DNA of 64,000 nucleotides from Vicugna vicugna. Lineage: Eukaryota. The DNA lies in the NCBI GenBank assembly GCA_013265495.1, contig MU058065.1:4505003-4569002 (forward strand). The letters are read 5' to 3'. Both the position numbers and the translations under genes were made by a program. A model generated the notes under the pieces. The model was not told the DNA's origin. It saw only the letters and a program-made list of their open reading frames with translations, and searched no databases. Shown here in pieces: positions 13,175 to 24,750 of the stretch. The first letter of the stretch is position 1, and each line of letters opens with the position of its first letter.

Positions 13175-13375
13175 ATGATGTAGGTTAAGAAGGGAGGGAC
13201 TCTGGAGTCCAACGCCTGGGATTGAATCCCAGATCTGCCCTTTCACAGCTGTCTGTCTTTGGATATGTTTCTCAACCACTGTGTTCCTCCTCTTCTCTGT
13301 CTGTAATTGTGCCACACCCTCCTGGGGTTGTGTGAGGATGAAGTGAGTTAGTACATGTCTATACCGGCATGCTGG
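13175..13375 (+). mobile_element. MIR SINE
   Basis: 'ggttaagaagggagggactctggagtc...gggattgaatcccagatctgcc...gggttgtgtgaggatgaagtgagtta'. Confidence 0.7.
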
Positions 13376-14344
13376 GGAGTGCCCAGCTCGTCCTGATGAC
13401 TTTTCTGTTCCTCAAAGCCAAAGGCGTTCTGAACTGATAGAGAAATCCAAGTGCACAAACAATTTTCTCTTCTGTTTTTCATTTAACAATTTATCACCAT
13501 CACTTACAGAAGTGCCTTCAAATGCAAAGTCCTCTGTAAGGATGGAAATGAGAGTCTTCAAGTAACCTTCAACACTTTAAAAACTTGGTGATATTATTAT
13601 ATTTGATTTAACTGAATTAAGATTTTTTTTTTTTTGCTTTTGGCAGGAATTCTAACAAATAAAGTTGGTTGTCTCAGTTTGATCATAAAGGCATGAATAC
13701 TGCAGTTCTCCGTCTCTGAGTATTTCTTGAATGTTTAAAGGTAATTAAAGGCATTCTTTCCTGTTAAATAGAATCTTTCAAACTTTGGGATTTAGATGGA
13801 GAAAACTGTAAGTCCTCCTTGGTAAGAAAAAATTTTGGAAATGTCTGCTCTATTACTACTAGATGTTGCCATAATCTTCATGACTACTTTATGACAAACT
13901 TGATTATCTAGCCATTTAAACAACAATTTTGGCAAACAAGTTTAACTTTTTTTTTAAAAACAAGGTTTTTTTTTTTTTTTCCTGGTTGTAAAACAAAAAC
14001 CATTGCAGAAGAAAACGTATCAAACATGAGGAAGTGTGCTGAAGAATATAAAACCATCTGGTAATTGGTCCACTTGAAATAATCTTTATTAAAATGTCCT
14101 GACATTTGCTTTCTTATACATAAATATGTATGCATATGCATGTGTATGTATGTAAACTTGTGAAATTCAGATTATTATGTCTGATTTTCTTATTTTTCAT
14201 TTAACATCACAACTGGTTTCTCACATCATTAAGGATTTAGAAAATATTGTGTTTCATGATTATATAGTTACACCGTATTTTATTTACCAAACCTACATGG
14301 TTGGATATTTACGTGGTTTCTAGTTCGTTTGCTCTTTTGGGAAA

Positions 14345-14575
14345 GTAATTAAGGGCATAATTTCTGCAGATAGACTGCCTGAGTTTAGAGCCCGTATACC
14401 CCTTCCTGGCTGCATGACTTTGACGAATCCATTTACTTGTAGCTTGCTTGCCTATAAAATGGGAACAGTGATGCTACATACCTTATGACGTTTTGTGAGG
14501 ATTAAATTAGTCAGCTTGTATAAAGCATTTAGAAAACGGCATGGAATAAGCACTCCATCGATGCCAGCTATTGGG
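14345..14575 (+). mobile_element. MIR SINE inside an old L1M fragment (~13960-14720)
   Basis: 'gactgcctgagttt...ctataaaatgggaacagtg...gtgaggattaaattag...taaagcatttagaa'. Confidence 0.7.
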
Positions 14576-14779
14576 GTTGTCACTGCGGTTGTTATAAACA
14601 CTGCTGTGAGGAATAAGTGTGAGTTTTAGGTTTGACTTATGATTAGGTCCTTAGGATACATTATTAGAAAGAGTATGAGCAGAACAAAGGTTTTAAGTAC
14701 CATTCTTACAATTTGTGCACATATTTTTAATCCATGCAAAGTTTTAGGCGGAGCTAGTCGTACCGGTTTGTCAATCATT

Positions 14780-15260
14780 GTAAACATTTTTGCTTTTGCT
14801 TTGGAGAAATGGGGTACCACTGGAAGGGTCTGAACAGAAGTGAGATGTGACTTGGTATGTGATTTTAAAAGATCACTCTGGCTGCTAACCACGGGGTCCA
14901 ATGGTGGGACAGGGAGACCAGGGTGGAGTCTACTGGAGTAGTCCAGGTGAGGGGTTGTGGGCACTTGCCCTGGAGTGGTAGTGATGGAGTCAGAGAGGGT
15001 TGGTTTCTGGATACATTTCAATAGGTAGAGTCAACAGGATGTGCCAATTGAATGTGGGATATAAAGAGAGAGAGGAGTTAAGGATGCATTCAAGAGTTTT
15101 GACTGGAGCCATTGGAAGGATGGTGTTGCCATCAAGTGAGATAAGGAAGGCTATGGATGGGGCAGATTTGGGGATGAAGATATACTGTTTGTATCTGAAA
15201 ATGTTGGGTCTAACATGTTTATTAAACCTCAAAGTGGAGACGTCTACAGAAACATTTAAG
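14780..15260 (-). mobile_element. LINE-2 fragment
   Basis: 'ttttaaaagatcactctggctgct...gtagtccaggtgag...tctggatacatttcaataggtagagtcaacaggat...gagtta aggatg' matches the L2 3' region. Confidence 0.85.
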
Positions 15261-18200
15261 CAGACTCTGTTTTGGGGACTCACTGTATAACTGGTAATTC
15301 TCCAGATAAATTTCCAAGTTTGTGAAAAGATACATAATAAAATGTACTAACTTGAACTCTATATATGTATTATTAGAACCCAATAGTTACTGTACCAATT
15401 GTTTTGAACTGAGAGCAACAAAATAGTTTTTGGAGGGAAGGAAAATTTTAATCATCGGCATTGTTTAGAATTGCTGGTTCACGGTAATAATAAAAAGCAA
15501 GCTATCTTTTTTATTCAGCCTTATTATTGATTTTAAATTATCCCTTGTATTGTCCACAGTCTGACCAGATAGTTCTCAGTGTCCCTACCGACTGGGAACA
15601 CTGCTGTCTGTAAGGATTCACCTTGCAGGCTCCACCAAGACCTGAATTTATGGAGAAGTTAATGAATCTTGAGCTACATGGCATGGGAGGGGAAAAAAAA
15701 GGAACCAAAATTATTCTGCGTGTTGACTGATGAGCTTGCCGATGAGGGGACAGTGGTGGGGAGAAGTGGCTGAGACCCTCAGTGAAGACCATCTGGTCCA
15801 GGAATTGCTTGGGACTCACCACCTCACCTTGGGGTCCGTGGCGTTAGTTAGAGCGGAAGTAGGATCCAGTCATCCAGGGCAGGTGGTGACGGTCCTCAGA
15901 TCTTAGAGGAGTGGACCAGCCCGTTAAGTCCCTCATCCATCTCCCATCATCAGTCCTTGCTCCTTGACATGGTACGCAGCCCCCTTCCACACACCTCCAA
16001 CCCCATCTTGGAGAGGATTTCAGGAATGAATGGAAACTTGAAAAACCGAACATTTACCTAGTACTTAAGGAAACAGTTTAAATTGCTGACCTCCATCATT
16101 TCTACGGTGTTCTTCCCAATTTCTTCGCCAGCGTTGTGGATGGCTTTGAGAAAGATTAGGGCACCTACGGAGATGTGAAGGCACTCGTTTTCTTCGTACA
16201 TCTGAGCGAAGCGTGAATTAAGCCTGCAAGCCTGCCTCGCTCTCCAAGAACAACCCCGCCACTCCCTGTGGAGGTCAATAAGAAAAGAGTTAGTAGAATG
16301 GCTACATGGGGAATGCGGATTATCTGAGATTTTCACCTACTCCTAGTCGGCCCCTTGTGCTAGCAGGAATCGCTTCTGGTTTCCAGTGTCATGTCAGAGA
16401 ATGAGGCCAGCACCGCCAACGTTGGTCCTAAAATGCATTGTTTGTTCCAAAGAAGGATAATGTGATTTGCCTCACGGAGGATCTCAGCAGTAGTTGGTGA
16501 GCCCTGAGGTACGTCGGGGTTAAGTTACTTAACCCTGTAACCCACGTAAGTCAGTGGGACCTGGGCAAGCAGACCAAGCAACTTGGCAGGGTCTCATCCT
16601 GTCACAGAGGCTGGTCTTTCATCTACTCCTTTTCCTGGATGGTTTTCCTGGGTGACACAGGCGCCAATGAAAATATGCATAATGAAGGTGGCTCTTGGCT
16701 TGAAGTCTGAACTCAGCATCCCGCCCCCACCCTTCCTGACCTTTCTCCCCAACTGCTCGGCGGCCAAGAGGTTTCCTGCAGCTTCCCTGAAACAGACACT
16801 AAGTCAGACCCAACCTGCATAAACGCAATGTCCTGGGATGCAGCAGGTGCTGTCAAACATCCAAGTGTCAATATCAGAGAGATTATGAGAAATTCCTTTC
16901 TGATTTAAGCAAGTTCTTTTTCTGGAAGCCCATGCTTTTCAATTAAATGTGCAAAACTGCCAAAGCCTCAGGACACATAAAATAAGGTGGGCTAATAAAG
17001 CCTTGAGGTATGTTAGCAAAATCCAACGTGTTTGTGCGAAGGAAATCAACGGCTCAAGGAGCTCGCACTTCTGCCGTCTCTGAAGGGGAGGAACGGTTCG
17101 CTAGGTGTGAGTGAGTCACTTTCAAATACAAGTCCAGACATTCCGGGATTTTATGTGCCGAAGTGCAGTGTTATTGGAGGAGTTCTCACGAAGGAGAAGA
17201 ATGGTTATGGGGCCCATCTACTTTCTTAGAAGAAGATTTATGGAACAATTAATCAATTACAAGACTAATGTAATTTACCAAGGGTGATACCCAAACAACA
17301 TTAATGACCGAAGGAGAAGGATTCCTGGTTAGTCACACTCAGCTCATTTAAAGATCTTCGATGCCATCTCACAGATCAGCGAGGGATTCCCCTAAGAGAA
17401 ATAGCTCTGTTTTACACACGGCACTCCATGCCACAGCCCTGAGCTTCGACACTGGTGAGATAAAAATTTAAAACTGTTTGGCTTCCAAGTTAACCTAAGG
17501 TGACTCTCCTTTAAAAATAAAAACTTTTCCTGGCTAGCCCGTGCCCTCCTACACCCCCTAGGTCAGACAAACAGTGTGGCTTGGGAAAAAAAAAAAGGTA
17601 AAGAAAAATAAAGAAATCCCTTAAGACATCTTGTGGAAGTTTTAAGCTTAGTGTAAATAAAGGACAAACTACAAATGGAGAAATAAAGGGAGAGGGGCAG
17701 TGAGGGTTCAGATGCTAACAAAAGCCAGTAGCCCCACATCAAACAAAGAAAATTCTTTTGCTGCAGTCCCATTAAAGCCAGCTTTTGTGCAATGTCTTGC
17801 TTTTGCTATTGCATTTAAAACCGATGACAAGTACATATTTTAAAATAGCCTATGTATCGATGGTGCTTGTGTAGTGTCTGTATTTGTGTGGGAGAGTCTT
17901 GTTGGAAGTGAGAAATCTGGTCCATGGGAAAGATACAGGTAGGCAGGCTGGTCTGTGCAAGTGGCTGCCCAGTGAGGACACTGTAGCCAAAAGGTCTACC
18001 TCCTGCCGGGTCTTCTCTGAGGCAGTTCCAAGCTTGATCTGTATTTCCTCCTCTGTCTTTTAAAGGAAATACTCTCAAGATGAACGCAGGACACCCCGTG
18101 TAGCAATTAAGTTGAGGGAAGCCCTGAAGTGCCAGACTCAGTGAGTTCTTCCAGGATTTCAATATTTTGTGCTCAGGCATTCCTGCCCTAGACATCCAAA

Positions 18201-20470
18201 AGGGTCATTTATAGAGCTAAAGACTTATATGTAGTATCTGAAAGAGCAATGGGAGTTCCATGTCCTCTGGGAAGGGGAGAAGAATATTTTATATTTTAAA
18301 GGAAGTCTAAAATGAACAGAGTAAATTTTCAAGTTTTGAATGGGGCTGAATGATGAGAATCTGGCTAGGGCCAAAGGCTGCTTACTTAAAAAAAAAAAAA
18401 AAAGCTAGCTTCTCTAAGCCTATTCTTTGGGGCTTATAGCTGTGTGATTTTTTTTTCTTTTCTGTTGAGTAATCTCTTCAACAAAATGGGGATCAGAAAA
18501 GGAAAAGGAAACCTTCACAATGTGAACTGGCCCCTGGGAGCCAGGACTGATTAATGGACAATTTTATGGCTCATTTGTAAAAAGGGAAATTCTAACAGAG
18601 CCCTCTGTTTACTTTGCCCCTACAATTCATATCAAAAAGACAGAAAGCAGAGATGAGGGAGGATGGGGGGCATTTTTAGATCTTCGAAACCCTCAATAGC
18701 TCAACTGAAGAGAGCAAATAGATTACGGGCATCAGAGCATTAATGAGTTCAAATTACCTGGGGATTTGTTGCAAATAATAGTTGTCAGGAAATGACAAAA
18801 TGCTAGCACATTTTTTTCCTCTTCCTTCTTTGATAATGTAAACTCAAGCTCAACTGAAACATTGGAAGCTTAAGGCCGGATTCCAGTTTTTTCTTCCTCT
18901 CCCACAGCGAGGGCTGCTTTCGCAATGGTGGCCTGCGGACTTATCAAGTCTGGCATATTCGTAAGTGTGAGTGTGTGAGCCTTCTTGTGTATGCGTGTCT
19001 GAGTGTGTGTGTGCATGAGAGTGTAAGCGTGCTTGTGTCTGCAGATATGTTAAATCTTTGTTAAGCTAGGTTGATTCTCCCTACCCAGTCCAACTCCAAG
19101 GACAAGGGCTGTCCACATTATCCATAGATGAGTGAGTGTTACATTGGTCCTGTGCCTTCCAAACGCATTTCAGAAGGGACCAGTCTAGATGCCAGAGATG
19201 GGTACCCCCACCTAATAATATAATCCTGGTTTGAACTATATTTAAATCCATGTTTCTGGAGCTCAGCCTTGCTAAATAGTTACTCTATGTTCTTTCTCTA
19301 ATTCAGATGAACTAAAGTGCACACGCACAGACACACACACACGCACAAATCCAAAAACACCCAAACTGATAAAACAACAAACCAGATACAGATAAACTGA
19401 ATAGACAGAGGCTGCATAGTTTGACCCTGCAGGCTGCGCCAGGTCGGGTGTCTGAAAGAGCTCTCCTGTCTCCAGCCCATACGACCACCGGCACACGCCA
19501 AGTGCACAGCAGAGCATAGCATTTGTGGTCTACTTTGCCTCAGTTCCCCAAGTCTGGTGAGCACACGTATACTGTTTCACAGGTAGATTCTGAATCTTCA
19601 TTTAAAAAACAAAAGAAGTATATCAACATAAAACTATCTAAAAAAGGAGAAAATAGTAACATTGATAGTGGCTGAGTGGGATATTTTAAGAGAGAGTTTA
19701 ATTTATTTTCTCCTTGTATTTTCTAATTTCTCTCCAACGAGTATTAAACTCCAAGTAGAAAATAATTAAGTTACAAATATGCTTAAGTACAATGAGTGGC
19801 AATTTAGGCTTCTATTTTAAAAAGTACAGCAGGAATCTCTTTCTTTCCATTTTTCAGCCCTCCAACTCGCCATCGCGAACGAGAGTGCACAACAGCTCCA
19901 CCGCACACACTTGGCTGTACGTTATTTCATTTTTTCATTCATGAAGAAATATGTGAGTCAATGTGCTGGAAAAGTAAAGGGTACAATGAAGGGTCTGGTG
20001 AAATCCTGTTTCTACCCGAGTCTCAACTCCACCTCCCACTCCAAGGGGTTGTAACTTACCCCTTACCTGGATAATTATGAAAGGGCTGCTTTCCTCCCTA
20101 CTTAAAGTAATTAAAAAAACTAATCATTTCTAAGAAAATACTAAAGTATTCAATACACACTGGGGTCTTTTCCTGGGAAAGCTTCACAGTGAATAGTTGT
20201 ATTGAGTCTTCGCTCCTTCGCAAACTTGAGCTTCAATACCGTGGTATAATTATGAGGCCACGTGGGCTTATAAGGGCATTTCATGGCTTCTGCAGTTACA
20301 GTCGGGGAGCGCATTCTCCCCTCTACACTTGAACGTGACTCAGATTAATTTTGGTGGGAGCTGGGCATGTGCATCTAGGGGAGAATAAACCCCTAAGTGT
20401 GTAATTAGTAATTACACACTTTTTCTAGGTCCTGACTTGTAGAGATCAATTTTGTTTTCTCCAGTTAAAC

Positions 20471-21004
20471 ACAATGACTACATTGAAAAAAAGAAAGAAA
20501 GAAAAAAAAAAAGTCTTTCAAGAGCCAACTATTTGACCTGGTTTCTTTATAGTAAAGTTTGGGGGTCTTGTGAGGTTTCTCGACACTTTTTCCTTTCCTG
20601 GCAATAAGTTTACACCTCAGATATTTAGAGTGGGGGGTAGAATTTTCCTTTATGGCATGTTGGATGTTGGGCAATGGGCCTACTTTGTATCCCCCAAAAG
20701 GCTGGTGATATCTGGGCTTATTATAAAAGTGTGACTAACAATGACTACATTGAAAAAAAGAAAGAAAGAAAAAAAAAAAAGTCTTTCAAGAGCCAACTAT
20801 TTGACCTGGTTTCTTTATAGTAAAGTTTGGGGGTCTTGTGAGGTTTCTCGACACTTTTTCCTTTCCTGGCAATAAGTTTACACCTCAGATATTTAGAGTG
20901 GGGGGTAGAATTTTCCTTTATGGCATGTTGGATGTTGGGCAATGGGCCTACTTTGTATCCCCCAAAAGGCTGGTGATATCTGGGCTTATTATAAAAGTGT
21001 GACT
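20471..21004 (+). repeat. Tandem duplication, two copies of ~266 bp
   Basis: 20471-20736 and 20738-21004 are identical except for one poly(A) run (11 vs 12 A); one 'a' lies between them. Confidence 0.97.
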
Positions 21005-24000
21005 TGAAAGGACCTTTAGGATCACTGTTTATTTCACTTGTCCTTTAAGACAGGGCAGGCCTCGTCTGTGCTCCTCTCATAAGCGTCCCATCAGGTTTTG
21101 AAATGAGAGGCACCATGGATGTGGCCATTGGGAGGTCATATCTATAGAGGACTCCTCACACAGCTGAAGCAAAGGATGCTCCACCCAGATCCCTGAACAG
21201 TGACGCACAGAACCACGTGGCCACTCACTCCATCTCCCCCAACTTTCTCTCCCATCTTGAAGGCAGGATTGGAGGGGAATCTGCTCTCAAGGGGCTTAAG
21301 ATACTTTTTGTACATTTCCACCCTACATGCTAATCCAGTTTGAAGAGAATTATAGGAAAGTGCCAATAAACTCAAGCTTGTTGGTTTGATTCCAAGACGA
21401 ATGGATTCATGTCTCCACATTTCGTGATCGACAACCAACACAAAGCTCTCCGCACCAGCTTTATTTCCATCAACCCAGCTCCTTGATGCTTTACTTAGTT
21501 TAGAAGAGACCTGTTCGGGTGTCCCACTTGCTTCCTTTAAGATGAAATACATGTGACATGAAAATAAGTTGTGCAGTGATGAATTCAAGTGCACAAAATC
21601 GAATTTACTTTATTGCTCAATTTCTGAGCTCTGCCAGGCTCATGAGATCCCATTTCTACGGTGTCTGGTAACATTGTTCTGCTAAATCAAGGTCACTCAA
21701 TCACTTGGGGTTTAAAAGGCACTCACTTTTGAGTAGCTGCTCAGTCCAGGCAGTATTCCTTCCCCCTAGACCTTTTGCTTCTGGGTTGAGGGCAGGGTGT
21801 ATTGGTTCCCGTGCGTCTTCCGATCTGCCAGCTGTCTGAGCAGGCGACCAGCCCTGCAGGTCCTGGGTCACTATCCTTTACTTGTGTTGCTTCAGATGTC
21901 CCTGCTCCCCCTGCCGTGGCCACATGTGCTGGGCTGAAGCACTGTCTCCTTCTGGCCCCAACATAAGCCCCAGCTAATTCTGGAGCTTCCAGATTCTTCT
22001 GGATTCCTCCGGGAGCTGCAGAAGGCTTAGGCCTGCTTCACCCTACGGCTTTGTGGCCCTGGAAAAACTGCAGACTCTCAGATCCCCCTTCAGTTACATC
22101 TGCCCTGCCAGATTTTCTCCCTCCTACAGGAGAAGGGCTTGGCTTTTCTAAGAATAGCGTGACTTTTCTAAGAAAAATTATCTTTCTCTGGCTAAATTTT
22201 ATTTTGCAATCATCCAGATATATTCTGGGGTTTCTTTGATCCCCCCGGGACCGAGCCTCGGGCAAGAATCCCACCCTTGGAATCCCACCCTAAACTCTCT
22301 TCTCCGCTTTGTCTCTCCTTCCCCCTCTTCTCCCAGAGAAGATTCAGATCCCCTCGTGGTGTGGCCAGAAAACAAGTCTTGCATCACCGGGAATTCTTCC
22401 CCACTCAGATTTATGATGTGAATGCTTTGCTCTGAGTCTCTTAATATTAGCTCTTGATTTTTAAATCAAGTTTTTGAAACTACTCATCCCTGCCTATTTG
22501 TGGTTTGTGCCTTACTCCACGGATAATGCTTCTCAGAAACCTTACTTCTGCTAAAATGGATGGGAGCAAAAGAAAGTACACACACACGCACAGTCACACA
22601 CACACAGACACACACATGCAGGCACACGCACATTTTTGGATAGATTTTCCCACCACCTTTCCTCATATTTTAAAATCATGTTGGCTCACTGTGTGTGCAT
22701 GTGTCTGTGAGTGTGTGTGATTAAGATGATTGGTATTTAATTTCAGTGGGCTTTTTAAAATCTTATCTGAGTGTCTGTGCAGGGGGCTATAAGAGCAATG
22801 CGAGCAGATAGACTGAGCTTACGTTTATTCTCCTGTAAACTATGTGGGGAAAGACATCAAGTTTCCCTTCTGGGTATCCTAGAATCTATCACGTCCCTGT
22901 CATTTGATCAGAATGTCAACACCTCCCGGGAATGACGGGGCAGAAATGGTTTTCCACAGCTGGAGACATTGGCGGTCAGCGTGGAATTCGTTTATAGATG
23001 CTTCAACAACTGCTTGCAAGACACCCGGCGTGGAATGAGAACCCTTGTGCGATGCCCCACCTACATCCTTGTCCTTTTCCCTCAAATCTTCTCCCCATAA
23101 AACATTTCTGTCCACTCTCAACTAGTCACACTTTCTCACACACACTCAATGCTGTTTCACGTCTTCATTTCTTCTACCTGAAATGCCTTTTGTCTGTTAA
23201 CGTGTTTGATCAGGCTGTTCCCAGTCACCTCCTCTGGGGAACCTTCTCTGAACGCATCCTCCGGACAGTTGGGTTCCTGTTCTTCTGTATTCCATCACCC
23301 CCCAAAGTAGACTCCATTGTGGGATTTATTGCATCATTTAGTTGGGGTTTGTTTCTGTCCCAGTATCCCTCACCAGATGCCGGTTGCTTTGAAGGCAGGA
23401 ACTGAGCCCTCGGCATCCCCGACCTCACGATGTATATAGCACAGCGTCGGCATCGGGCTGTGCCGTGTGTTTGAGAAATGAGTGACTCACTGTGGATGGA
23501 AGAGACCCAAGGAAAATAAACAAAAATCAAACAAAAAGGGCAAATCTAAAAGACGACTTTGTTCGTATAATGTTTTTCCTACCAATAATCCAGAATTTAA
23601 TAATCACTGAACCAAAATCTACTGGTGTGAAGGGAATAAACTGCTCACGTTGGAGCAGACATGTGAATTCTTGGGGGCTGTTCAGATCCATTTCCTTCTT
23701 GATGACACAATTCCAAAACTGCTTGCTAACCTTGCGAGCAAATCAGTTAAAGCTGGTAGAGTAAATCCTTACATTGGAGAGAGGCCAGTCTAAATGACTG
23801 AAGTGTAATTTTTTTAAGGAAGTTTTATAATTTTAAGATCACTGAACTGCCAGGTCTGCTTTAATGAATAATTGATACTCATTTGGAATTATCCCAGGAC
23901 ATTTTTGATAAGAAAATGGATACCATATTAGTCCAACAAAACAGGGAAAAGAGTTTTTTTTTTTTTTAAAAAAAAAAACAGTCTCACAGCAATCTCATTT

Positions 24001-24329
24001 GCACAGTATTACCTTGCTTGAAATACTTCTTTTTGGTTTTTGCAACAACACGGAAGTAAAGTTTAGTTCAACCTACATTGACTTAGGACGAATTTTCTTA
24101 ATAGCAGGGTCTACATGAATGAGGTCTTACTCTATCTGGTGGCATTCAGCCTTCTTGCTCTCTTTTACACTTCTTTCCCTCAAAATGGTTTTGTGGGGTT
24201 TTTTGTCAGCTGTGTCATTGTTTGTTACTCCTCAATCCTGCAGTGAAATCTGTTTAGAGAGAAAATCTGATAGATTCTGCTGTCTGCTCTGAACTTTCCA
24301 GAGGCTTCCCATTAAATTTGCAGCTGAGT

Positions 24330-24750
24330 TTACTGGCTTCAGTTTTCCTTCATGCCTCACCTCTACCCATCCCTCCCCACAATCCTTTGCAATTTCTCAA
24401 AAGGCCTCCTGCCTGCCTATATTGCTCCCTGGGCCCAGAAGCCTCGTGGCTCTCTTTGCACCTGGCTTCCTCGCTACGACACCTGTGTCAGCCGCGACAT
24501 CACCTCACTTCATTGCCTGGACAACCTGGCGTCCTGTTCCCACGTCTGGATTGGGTGACCCACCATGTTCCCTGATAGAAGTTAACCACACTGCGCCGGG
24601 GGTGCTCTTTTTCCGGGATCTCTCTGCCACCAGGATTTGTGCTATTTGAAAGCAAAACCCTTGTGGCATGACTCTCTGTATCACGGGTGTCCTGTGACTG
24701 TGCCTGATCGCTGTAGGCTTCAAGCATTTGTTGAATGACTGAATGAATGG
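24330..24750 (+). mobile_element. Diverged LINE-2 3' end
   Basis: Ends in the L2-type tail 'gtgcctgatcgctgtaggcttcaagcatttgttgaatgactgaatgaatg'. Confidence 0.55.

Noticed and set aside
20465..20942. Two identical ORFs MPNIQHAIKENSTPHSK..., suggesting a duplicated gene
   Set aside because: A by-product of the 266-bp duplication; near-cognate start, low-complexity Phe tail and no recognisable homology
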